This document shows, piece by piece, positions 1 through 10,166 of a stretch of 64,000 bases of DNA; the stretch's first letter is position 1, and each line of letters begins with the position of its first letter. Origin of the DNA: Anolis carolinensis (Eukaryota); NCBI RefSeq assembly GCF_035594765.1, contig NC_085845.1, positions 162,580,897 through 162,644,896 of the forward strand. Reading direction: 5' to 3'. The position numbers were made by a program, and so were the translations under genes. The notes beneath the pieces were generated by a model. It was given only the letters and a program-made list of their open reading frames with translations, searched no databases and was not told where the DNA came from.

Positions 1-402
1 GCAGTTCTCTGTTGGACCAGGAGATGCTTGGGTCGTGAAGTGTCAGCCATGGAATTCCCAAAATCACAGGGAAATGGGGAACCTCGGTAACAAAGAAGGA
101 AATCTCTTCCATATGTTCCCTTATCCACATTCTGTTGGGTTCCGACCACTGGCTTACGGGACCCGTCTTGAGGGGGCGGCCATCGATGGCTTGCACCACA
201 CGGGCGTTCTTGAAGTCATGATATTGTAATCCCAGAGAGTCGGCATACTCTCTATCAATGAAATTGTTTGTGGCTCCTGAGTCTATCATGGCATGGACCA
301 TGACGGGCCCTTTTTTTGCTGACCACAAGGTGACCACTAGAAGAAATAGGACCCCGGTTGGCGGCTCTTGAGTGGGTTTTTTGACCGGGTTGGCGAGCCT
401 CT
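1..402 (-). CDS. pol: pol N-terminus (aspartic protease), partial, -1 frame relative to gag
   Basis: Manual translation of the minus strand gives ...GPVMVHAMIDSGATNNFIDREYADSLG...VILGIPWLTLHDPSISW. The D-S-G catalytic motif has its Asp codon at 283-281. The frame is open to the window edge. Confidence 0.9.
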
Positions 403-1389
403 CTACGCCCGGTCACTGGCTTCCCCCGCCGGCTGTGCGCCAGCCGCCTCAGATGCCTTCGTCTCCGTGGAGGACGCCGCCGCCAGACGGGCGGCGGGCT
501 TCCCCTTGGCTGGGCACTCTCTGGCGAAGTGGCCCCCGTTTCCGCAGTAACAACAGAGATTTAGGCATTGGCGGCGGGCCTTCTCGGCGGCATCTAATCT
601 GGGACGCACATTGCCCAACTGCATCGGCACCTCTTCGCTCCCTCTGGGGTATGGGGCTGGTGGCGGGGGTCTCCATACTGGACGCGGCTGGACGCCGGTG
701 GGAGCGGGAGGTTTCACCCCAGCTCTACTGCTCTGGCCTCGGACCCATTGTTTTCTGTTGGCAAGCATGACTTCAGCTCGTAAACATTGATCAATGAGTG
801 CTTCAAGAGAGTGGGGAGGATCCACCTTGGAGATTTCTTCCAGCATCTCAATGTTGAGACCCTCCCGAAATTGTCCTTTGAGGGCTACATCGTTCCAGCC
901 GGTGTTGTGGGCCAGCACTCGGAACTCGGCTATGTACTGGGACAAGGGTCTGTCCCCTTGGGAGAGGCGCCGGAGTTTGTGGCCGGCTGCCTCCAAATTG
1001 TCCTCGATTCCCCAGGTCGCCTTAAGGTGGTCCAAGAAATGTTGCGCTGACCTTAGATGTGGGGAGACTTGGTCGAACAGTGCCGTCGCCCAGTTGGCCG
1101 CTGGCCCGTCCAAGAGACTGTAAATCCACGCCACCTTGATGTCTTCTTGGGGAAACTCGGCAGCACGGGCCTCTAGATAAGCCTGGCATTGGCGACGGAA
1201 AACATGAACCTTAGAAGCTTCTCCAGAAAACTTGGTTGGCAACGCCATGGCCGGGAGACGGATTCCGCGCTCCTTCAAACCCCTTATTTCCCCATCCTGC
1301 GCATTGAGCTTGTCACGGATGCGGTCCACTTCGTCCTTGTCGATGGTGTAGCTAAGTGGCTGGCCACCCGGCACGGTTCCGGTAGACAT
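403..1389 (-). CDS. gag: Gag (capsid plus CCHC nucleocapsid) of the gypsy element, 328 aa
   Basis: Motifs LPTKFSG, LSQGDRPLSQYIAEF and WNDVALKGQFREGL, plus the zinc knuckle CCYCGNGGHFAREC, are typical of Sushi/PEG10-like Gag. Confidence 0.93.
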   Translation of the reverse strand: MSTGTVPGGQPLSYTIDKDEVDRIRDKLNAQDGEIRGLKERGIRLPAMALPTKFSGEASKVHVFRRQCQAYLEARAAEFPQEDIKVAWIYSLLDGPAANWATALFDQVSPHLRSAQHFLDHLKATWGIEDNLEAAGHKLRRLSQGDRPLSQYIAEFRVLAHNTGWNDVALKGQFREGLNIEMLEEISKVDPPHSLEALIDQCLRAEVMLANRKQWVRGQSSRAGVKPPAPTGVQPRPVWRPPPPAPYPRGSEEVPMQLGNVRPRLDAAEKARRQCLNLCCYCGNGGHFARECPAKGKPAARLAAASSTETKASEAAGAQPAGEASDRA

Positions 1390-1419
1390 ACTGGCCTAGG
1401 TTAATTGGTGCTTAGGGTG

Positions 1420-1429
1420 GCGGAGTCAA
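1420..1429 (-). promoter_or_regulatory. Primer-binding site, self-priming type (TTGACTCCGC)
   Basis: Starts 2 nt after the LTR end, lacks the TGG of a tRNA PBS, and is perfectly complementary to LTR positions 1958-1949. Confidence 0.75.
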
Positions 1430-1431
1430 AC

Positions 1432-2375
1432 TGTCACGACCCAGGCTGCAGAGCACCAATAACCATACACAGAGGCCAGAATCTAACTAATATCTTTATT
1501 GAAGGAATATATAAAGTTAATAAAAGCAAGTGTATGAAATAGTCCAGAAATAGACCTTTCAGGAAAGGTCAAAATTAGTCCAAAGAAACAATGTCCAATA
1601 TGAAATATTAAGGTCCAAAGTTGTAATCCAATAACCGAAACACTCACTTTGCCAGGCAAAGTGAGGGGAGATGACAAGGTCTTTTAGTCCGTGAAACTTG
1701 AGCGAGGCTAGGAAGTAACTTGATTCTTGGGAAAACGAGGCTTGATTCAAGGCAACAAGGAAACAAGGAACAAGAACAAGATCCGTGGTAATTTCTTGGC
1801 AAAATCCGGGAAACAAGACGAGGTTGAGTCTTAGAAAGCAAGGCAGGATTCGTGGAGTAAACAAAGCTGGGAACGAAGGCTTGGCGACAGGAACGGAGGC
1901 TTGGAAGCGGAGTAGCTGTCCACACACGCTACTCCGGTTGCTGACGAATTGACTCCGCAAGATCCCTTTGTGGGTAAAACACCTAAATAGGGTCCCGTTT
2001 TCCCGCCCAAGAGCAGTTCTCTGGAGAACCAGAAACGAAAGCTATTTTCTGAGTCCAGATGCATGACTCCCTAAAGTTTCCCATGGGAAGCAGGCTTAAT
2101 CAGCTGAATGCTTAGCAGCTATCCTAGCACTCCTGCGAGACGCCTGATCGACTCCTCTCTGTTGTTTACAAAAATCATGGCGAGAAAACGTAGGAGATTT
2201 AGGCTCAGGGCTTGTTTGACAGACTTCTGGAAGACAAATCTCTTGCAGGTGCAAGGTTTCCAAATCTGGCTGGGAAAGTTCCAATTCTGACTGAAACGGC
2301 GAAAAACCCAAGTTTTCCTCTTCATCTGGCACCACAGTGCCAGGAATGGGACTACATTGCCCATGGGTCATCACA
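1432..2375 (-). repeat. 5' LTR (944 bp) with TATA-like TATTTA (1989-1984) and AATAAA (1500-1495)
   Basis: TG/CA termini, 10/12 terminal IR, and promoter and polyA motifs in element sense orientation. Confidence 0.88.
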
Positions 2376-2767
2376 ATTTTTGACATTTGGCAGGAAGGAA
2401 TTCTGCCCTGCTGCTGCCCCTGGAAAAGTTACAGGGCAGAGCCAGTGGGATTTTTTAAAGGGGATATTATTTCTAGAAAGAAAAATGTTCCTAAAAACCA
2501 GGAGATGACCCAAACATTATGAAACTTGGTGGGCCAGCAGTGGTACATGTCTCCTCCAAGTGTGGCCATTTTCATCCCGATAACCCTGAAAATGATGAGA
2601 AGGGGAGCCAGATCTAGCTGCATTTTTCAGCTATGGACCAAAAATGGCTGTTCATCCACCCACCCATTTTCTGGAGGCTTGTAAAAACAGAACTGCCCCC
2701 CCCCCCCCCAAAAAAAAAAATCAGGTAGCAAAAATGGATCAAGATTCAGCCGAATTGCACAAGCCTA
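2376..2767. mobile_element. End of a non-autonomous DNA transposon (TAGG/TAGA-TIR hAT-like) into which the gypsy element probably inserted
   Basis: Ends in ...GAATTGCACAAGCCTA, resembling the TIRs TTGCACAGCCCTA at 52721 and TAGAGGTGTGCAC at 31001. Confidence 0.45.
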
Positions 2768-3903
2768 TTATGCACTTCTTAAATGAACTTTTTTTTGCCC
2801 TTGGCAGATTCCTCAAGCTATATTCATAATGACCAGACTGCAATATATCGTGAGGAACTGTGTCCTCCCTTCAAAACTTAATAAAGTTGCTTCCATTTGG
2901 TTTAGTAACCAGCATGCTTTTTTGATGATTTTTGAGGAAATTGATTCTTTTCCCCATTGAGATTTCAATTTCCTTAGAATTGTTTTTAATTATCATTTCT
3001 GATGCAGAACAATGACATCAGGAAAGGTTTCAATCATCCCTGGAGCTAAAATTGTTTGAAACCTGTGGATTATTAAACAAAACATATAACTACAGCTGAC
3101 TGAACATAAGAAAGAGATCTGAAGCATTTAATCTAATTTATGAAAGGTTTTTGGTAACAGGTATGCTGATATAATTGGAAAGAACTCTTCATTTCTATGT
3201 TGCCTTAGGAACCACAATAGGAAAACAGTAATATCAGTGTACGATGAAAATGAAAATTATTTTGGGTAAAGAAGAAAAATGGAAGACTATCACACACATT
3301 TCTGGAAAATGTAGCATACAAAAATTGGTCTACAGTTGTTTCTGTTAATATAATATATATGAACCTTTGGCATTGATCAAAAAGCAACAAACATACTATA
3401 TATAGAATTACTAATTAAAAACCCATGACACCTTGTTAGCAAATACTTATATTTGGAGGTATAAGTATTTTGTCCTTCCCATACCCAAATTACCGATTAC
3501 ATAAACTTTATTTCTCTCTATTTGTACTCCAGGAAAGGAGTTCCAAAATGGTGACTCTGTCACCGAGAAAGCACTAACCCGTTCATCTTATTTTTATTGG
3601 CAATGAGAGCAGGGCCTAATCATATGCAAATGTTGAAATATACACTGTGGTTGTCTTAACTTCATTTTTATGTCACCATTGGTTTAAATTTTCAATAATT
3701 TATTTCAAGTTTCAGGTGTTTGTAAGGGACAAATTATATTTTAATAGTATGGTGTAATTATTACGGCAACTGCAAGTACTTATCAGTAATTTGGAAGCAA
3801 TGAAATTAATCTCAAGTGCCAAGAATAGATTAAGATCTTCCAGTGAGTCCAAAGATAAATGCTGAATTCAGTTAGTTGAATTCTCAAAATCTTTGCTAAT
3901 ACT

Positions 3904-3904
3904 G

Positions 3905-3946
<42 letters not shown>

Positions 3947-3964
3947 ATAATAATAATAATAATA
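3904..3964 (+). repeat. Compound microsatellite (CTA)n(TAA)n
   Basis: Seen directly. Confidence 0.95.
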
Positions 3965-4235
3965 ACAAAAATATAAAACTATTTCTGGACTGCCCTCTCT
4001 CCCTGGAAGGACTTTGCAGTTTACACACACAAAAAAGGGCAAACATTCAATGCCCCAAATAAATACAAACACATCAAAAGTCCAAAGTAATACACAATAA
4101 TAACAGTAAACTTCTAACAAAGAAATTAATAATCGAAATAAAAACAGAATAAAATAAACCAATATGACATGATAACACTAATAACACTAATATATGGAGG
4201 ATGACAATAAAATTTCCTAATTTTCTTTCACACAC

Positions 4236-4392
4236 CTTCATGTGTATGAGGGCTAAGAACTCCTGGTTCATGGGGTGAAGACCCATCAATGAGTTTGGGC
4301 GTGGAAGCTTCTTCTTCTTCTGTGTCTTCTGGCAAAGGTGGAGGTAAATAAATCTCCCCTGTTATGGATGGTGAAATAGTTCCAATTTCTGT
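4236..4392 (-). CDS. EPYC: Epiphycan exon 3 (157 nt, phase 0 to phase 1)
   Basis: Not in the ORF track. Acceptor ttctctatctag, translation TEIGTISPSITGEIYLPPPLPEDTEEEEASTPKLIDGSSPHEPGVLSPHTHE, then G|gtgtgt donor. Matches the epiphycan acidic/STPxLIDGSSP region and splices in frame to exon 2. Confidence 0.92.
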
Positions 4393-6441
4393 CTAGATAG
4401 AGAAACATATATATTGAGTAATGCAATTTGTTTTCAATAATAGCTTGTTATACATCAACTTTGGATGTAATTGGAATAGGGGTATAGCTGGAGGTTCAAT
4501 TGCTGCTGGGTTGTCTATGGAAATATTTGGGCGGGGGGTGGTGGTGGTGGAATGGTCACAAATGTATTTATCCAGTGCTGAGAGACCCTGATGAGAAGAA
4601 TCCAAGGTGTTGCAAATCATCACGATTTGGGATTTATTCCATGTAAATTTGCATGTGGTTGTTCTGCACAGAAAATGGCATTTTTAGTGCATAAAATAAT
4701 AATCCTAAACCAGAATATTATTTTCTACATAGAAAATGCTGTTTTCTATGCAAAACAATCACATGTGAATTTCGCATGTAATTAATCGCAAATAGAAAGT
4801 GTATTTGAAAACTGCACTGTTTTCACAAATATTATCATGTGAGAATAAAAATGATAAAATTATTATTGCTTCCTTCAAGGAGAAAATTAGCACAAAATTA
4901 CATCCCTACATGGCTAATCCATTCTCAGGTTTACAGCCACTTCTCCTGCAGCTCTAAATGGTATAGGAGCTTTCCTGGTGATGGACCAGGAGATTTCCCA
5001 AAAAACTCAGAACAGTTGAGGTGGAAAAAAGACATGCAACTCAGAAAGGCCTTGCTTCCTCCTTGGTACCAAGTCCATTTGGTCACCAAGATTAAGAAAG
5101 AAGGATTTGATTAATACAAGATGACTGTATCCTGGGGAGACATTTTATGCCAGCTTTGAGGAAATATAGAACATGTGTATGAAGTATGCATTTTAATTCG
5201 AATTCTGAGAAATGAAACATTTACAATTATTGTGATCTTCCTGCCTTGACCTTCCTGTTTCAAAGCAGAAGTCACATTCTTTGAATAAATCTAGGTTTGT
5301 TTCTCAATCATCGCTATTATGCATGAGGCCATGTAGTTTCTGAGAAGTAATCCCTAAATCACTGGACTTTGTAAAAAGGAATTTCACATAGGCTTTTTTA
5401 TCATCAGAGAAATTGTTTGAAACAATTAGGCCATTATATAAATAATTGCTCCATTATTTGTGGATGTCCAAAGAAGTTAGCATAGTGTAATGGTTTGAGT
5501 ATTGGGCTAGGACACTGGGAGACCACTTAGTCGTGGAAACTCACTGTGTCTCCTTGGGTAATTCACATCCCCTCAGGTTCAGAGGAAGGCAAGGGCACCC
5601 CCACCCCTGGAACAATAATACCCCATGATGATTCAGTTTACTGTCATGAAGACACACAATAACTGTAAAGGACTCTAAAGCTTGTGACTCTTGGACTTAG
5701 CTCTCTTTCCCACTGTTTTTGAACTGGAGGAAACGTTGAGAGGCAATTTGCACAATATTGTAGTGTACCGGTCTGCTATTCAGAAGTAGAGTTCTTCTAA
5801 GTATATATAGGTTTATATGAGATGTCTATAATTAAAAATGGTTGATCAGTTTAGGTTTTTCTTCTTCCCCACCTTTTTGAAAATATGAAATCTCAAGTAC
5901 TTTCCATCAAATTTATGGTGCAATTTTTGAATGTTGGAAAGGTATTATTAAAAAAACAAGTAGAATTTGATCATTAAATTAATAAACAGGGGATAAAATA
6001 GTTTTATGGTAGCATTCCACCACTAGATGGTGCATATGACCTAGAACATAAGGCTACCGATTTACTGACTGTTGCATATACATCCCTATTTTTGAAACAA
6101 TATCATATTCTTCTTGCATTTATTTTAATTTTACATTTCATAGTAAACACATTGGATTCACTGGACTTTCTATTATTAAGAATTTTATTCTCATCCTAGA
6201 TTATTTACATTCTGAAAAATGGCAGTAAAATGTAAGATACAACAAAACCTGAGAGCTATTTATTTTAAAATAAATAATGCCAAATGTTCAATATTCTCAA
6301 TGTGATTCAATTGACTAAGCAAGAGGTGAGTTAATCACGAATTTGCTACTATTTGAGAAGGGCAAATTTGCTCTCAGATATTAAGAGCTTGTTTATATTG
6401 TAGTCATGAAAGCCAACATACTAAAAGACTGTGAGTGAGGT

Positions 6442-6658
6442 TGTTGTGTGCTTTCCAGGCTGTATGGCCATGTTCCAGAAGCATTCTCTCCTGATGTTTC
6501 ACCCACATCTATGGCAGACATCCTCAGAGGTTGTGAGGTTGTATACCTCACAACCTCTGAGGATGCCTTCCATAGATGTGGGTGAAACGTCAGGAGAGAA
6601 TGCCTCTGGAACATGGCCATACAGCCCAGAAAACACAGGTCATGAAAGCCTTCAACAA
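6442..6658. mobile_element. Penelope-like element terminal fragments in inverted (hairpin) arrangement, 12-bp TSD TGTGAGTGAGGT
   Basis: Arms about 6445-6539 and 6545-6638 with a 5-nt spacer. TSD at 6430-6441 and 6659-6670. Contains the ACCTCTGAGGATGCC...GAAACGTCAGGAG motif. Confidence 0.8.
6554..6594 (+). ncRNA. Minimal type I hammerhead ribozyme motif (Penelope-associated)
   Basis: CCT-CTGAGGA-T-stem II-GAAAC-GTC-AGG: the CUGANGA and GAAA core, a GUC cleavage triplet, CCT/AGG stem I and a palindromic ACGT stem III. Confidence 0.7.
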
Positions 6659-7371
6659 TGTGAGTGAGGTATTTTCTCTCAGCCCAACCTATTTCTTAGG
6701 GGTCTTCCAGACTCATTTTTGCCTACATTGCTGTTCCCACACCTGGGAGAGCATGTGATCACCCAACACCTCCTCCCAAAAGCCCTTAAAATAAATAAAA
6801 CAGTGTGCCATTGGGCCTCTCAATAGGCCTCTTAGCATGTAGAAATGATGAACCAGGAGATGGAGGGCCCCAGGAGTGATTTGGCCATGGGTCAGTCCCC
6901 ACAGGGCCGATAACACATTAGACCTGGAAGACCCAGATCTAATGATGTATCAGATTAATTTGGGACAAAGCAGGGTTTTCCTGATTTGTCCTGAATTAAT
7001 CCTCTTTTACTTGAGGCGTTGCTGGGCTACCTCACTTAAAAGTCCGACAGGGCCCACATTTTGGGCTCTCTCTGGAAGGGCCCTTAGATTCAAAGGTTTG
7101 ATAAAAGTTTGTACATGGATATCATCATCAACAACAACAACAACAAACAATGTGTGAATATTCTTCACTTAGGAACGGACTATGAAGGACAGTGATTAGA
7201 TAAAACACTTGGAAATGGTGGGATAAGCTACAACCATGGTATGTGATATGAAATTTCCATCTGGGTACACACAGGACTAATTTGTATGATTCCTCTCTCT
7301 CAAGGGAAAGGTGTGATATTAATCAAACATATCACTTTTACTACATGTTCCTTCTACCATATAAAACAGGC

Positions 7372-7805
7372 TGGGGGCTGTGGAGCAGGCTGGTTAGCAG
7401 CCAGCTGCAATAAATCACTCTGGTCATGAGTTCAAGGCCAGCTCGTGTTGGGGTGAGCACCCGACAATTAAAAAAAAAATATAGCCCCTGCTCGTTGCTG
7501 ACCTAAGCAGCCTGAAAGATAGTTGCATCTATCAAGTAGGAAATTTAGGTACCACTTATTTGTGGGGAGGCTAATTTACGACACCATAAAAATCATCCAG
7601 CCGCTGTTGGAATGAGGAAGTTGCCGTCGCAGTGGATGATGAAGCAGCTGCTCCCCCTGTGGCCGGAATCAAGCATACCCTCAGGAAGCTGGAAGCTGGA
7701 GATGGTTTAAATTGCCTCTGCATCTGTCTCTGTTCTATGTTATATGGCACTGAATGTTTGCCTTATATGTGTACAATGTGATATGCCCCGAGTCCCCTTC
7801 AGGGT
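7372..7805 (+). mobile_element. tRNA-derived SINE with L2-like tail
   Basis: GGGGCTGTGG...GGTTAG A-box-like and GAGTTCAAGGCC B-box-like head; tail GCCCCGAGTCCCCTTCAGGGTG. Confidence 0.55.
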
Positions 7806-8288
7806 GCACTCACTTTTGTAATGTACTCCTCAGTCATGATGGATAGACTGAGATTTACCTTAAGCAGACATATCAGAATGATAGCTTAGAATTGGCATGA
7901 TATATACCTATTTTTAGCCAATTAAAAAAAGAGAAATAAGGCATCTAGCTGTTGTTTGCTTGTAAAACATCTATAGGAACTGCTATAAGGCAGACTTTTA
8001 AAAATATAGTTAAATTTTCTATGCAGCTTTAATTTCAAATTAAGATTTGGCCGTCATTATGTACTTTTTTTTTGGACAGTGGTCTGTAACAGCTGCTTGG
8101 CAAGCTTAGATTATAACTATAAAAATAATTGCTCTTCAAATTTTAACAATTATAGAGACTGCCTTTGGCAAACACAGCTATTGTAGGGTCCCTGTAGAAG
8201 TGGTGGAGAAGGAGTGATCTACAGTCTATGTGATAACCATCCCCATTTCTCCAGATCTCACACCCATAATCTTTCTAAAGACATTCTT

Positions 8289-8425
8289 NNNNNNNNNNNN
8301 NNNNNNNNNNNNNNNNNNNNNNNNNNNNNNNNNNNNNNNNNNNNNNNNNNNNNNNNNNNNNNNNNNNNNNNNNNNNNNNNNNNNNNNNNNNNNNNNNNNN
8401 NNNNNNNNNNNNNNNNNNNNNNNNN
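8289..8425. other. Assembly gap (137 N)
   Basis: Run of N. Confidence 1.
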
Positions 8426-10166
8426 TCAAGGACTGAAGGATTGACAGTCTTAATTCCAAGCCAGCCAGCACTGACCCCCTCACTCACAATAAAAACCAGG
8501 TCTCTTCCAGTTAATATAGGCATGCAAAATCAGATATTACTGGGGTGCAGAAGTCTCCTGGAATGGACCTCAAAATCAACCCCTAACCTCACTGCAGATG
8601 TTGAGCCCTGCTGGAAAAGGAGGCAAAAAGAATGAGGGAGAGGGGGTATGATGTTATGATACCATAACAATATAAAAATCAGTTAATCTTGATCCTAAAA
8701 TGTAAAGTCAAATATGAAATAATCATTCCTGGTAAAGCAATTGATCCAGTAATAAATCTGTTCATGGCTACAGTTCTGCCCCATGCCATTTCCATACAAG
8801 TGAATGAAATGATGTTTCTGATATACATGAATAGGACAGTGCTATGGCATCATAAAAGCATTTTATTACATTTTAATGTGTGTTGATATTGTTTTACAGT
8901 TTGATGGGATAAGACAGACAAGAAAGTTCACTTTATAGAAAGCTGGGGCACACCATATGTTTTGTACTTTACCTTTCATGGCAGACAGGAAAGTTATTCA
9001 ACAGAACTGTGCTTTGTAAGCAAGCAAGGAGTTTACTATTGAGTTGCCATATGTAGTATTCAGATTTGCTTTGTATTCCTGCTGGGAAAAACTCCACACC
9101 ATGAAGAATGATATTTGACCTGTCTAATCTACCCTTGTCCTGCCCCCTGCCCTTGGCTTCAACTACTACCAGCATGCACCTTTCAAGACCCCTCCAAAAT
9201 TTGAAATTTAGTTGAACACTACCAGCAAAAACCCCATCCCAGTTATGTAGGACGATGCTATAAGAGTGTTTATTCAAATTAGTGGCCCATAGACCAGTGC
9301 TGGTTTATTAGACAATGGTTGTTTGTTCCAGCTAAGTTTATACAGGAAAGAAAGACGCAGTGGTAGCCTCTAAACACAAATATTGTGTAGTCACTGTCAT
9401 CATGATGGAAAAAAACTTGCTGATCCATCACATCAGATAATTAAAAAGTACTGCAAAAATGAATTTCTATATTTTAAACCACTTCCGATAGATAACCTAA
9501 ATTCTCTCTTCTTATGGTAAATAGAATTGAGGAAACAGTTATGGAAGAAATTCAGTCACCTTTGGTCTTCTTTTGACAAAGCTACTGAAACAATCTTGTG
9601 TATGGAATACCAGCATTTTGATGATATGGAAGTTCATGTCCCCTTAGGGCAATCATATGCAAGTCTAAAGACTATCATATGTTCCTAAAACAAAATATGG
9701 TTGCCATCTGTGATTTTGAAATGGAGACAGCTTATAAAGGAGTGGACTTCGGGACACATTTTTTAAAAAAACTTTTGGAACACAGGAAATCAAGACAGAT
9801 GTTTCTGAGGAGGAAACCTAGAAGGAGGAATGTATTCCAGACATCTTGACCTAACGTTGTTCCTTCCAAAAGTATTAACGTATGCAATAACTCTTCTCCA
9901 TGGCAATATTGTCACTAGCATGGCTGATGGTACAAACAATTGACTTTTGATTGGAGCAGTACTGAGGCAGCATCACTCTTTTCTAAAAGAAAAATTGAAG
10001 GGTAATTGTAGCTCATTTAGGAGTAAAATCTGAATTAACAGATGTTAATAAAAAGAAATGTAAAAGTTGTATTAATTTTGCAGAAAGACTATAGATATAT
10101 TTTAAGTAGAAAATGAATTAAGCCCTCTTTGTTTGTGATGATCAATATAAGTGTTATTAACCTTTA

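Larger units (their letters stand above)
1..2375 (-). mobile_element. Ty3/gypsy LTR retrotransposon, Tf1/Sushi (PEG10/RTL-ancestor-like) group: 5' LTR, gag and start of pol; continues left of the window
   Basis: The LTR (1432-2375) has TG...CA ends and imperfect terminal IRs (TGTCACGACCCA / TGGGTCATCACA). It is followed by an intact gag ORF and an aspartic protease in the -1 frame. Confidence 0.95.

Noticed and set aside
35-1404. Several plus-strand ORFs over gag/pol
   Set aside because: Antisense shadows of GC-rich coding sequence.
1483-2386. Short ORFs within the LTR
   Set aside because: No recognisable domains, and mostly non-ATG starts.
8214-8523. ORFs containing poly-X
   Set aside because: Artefacts of the N gap.
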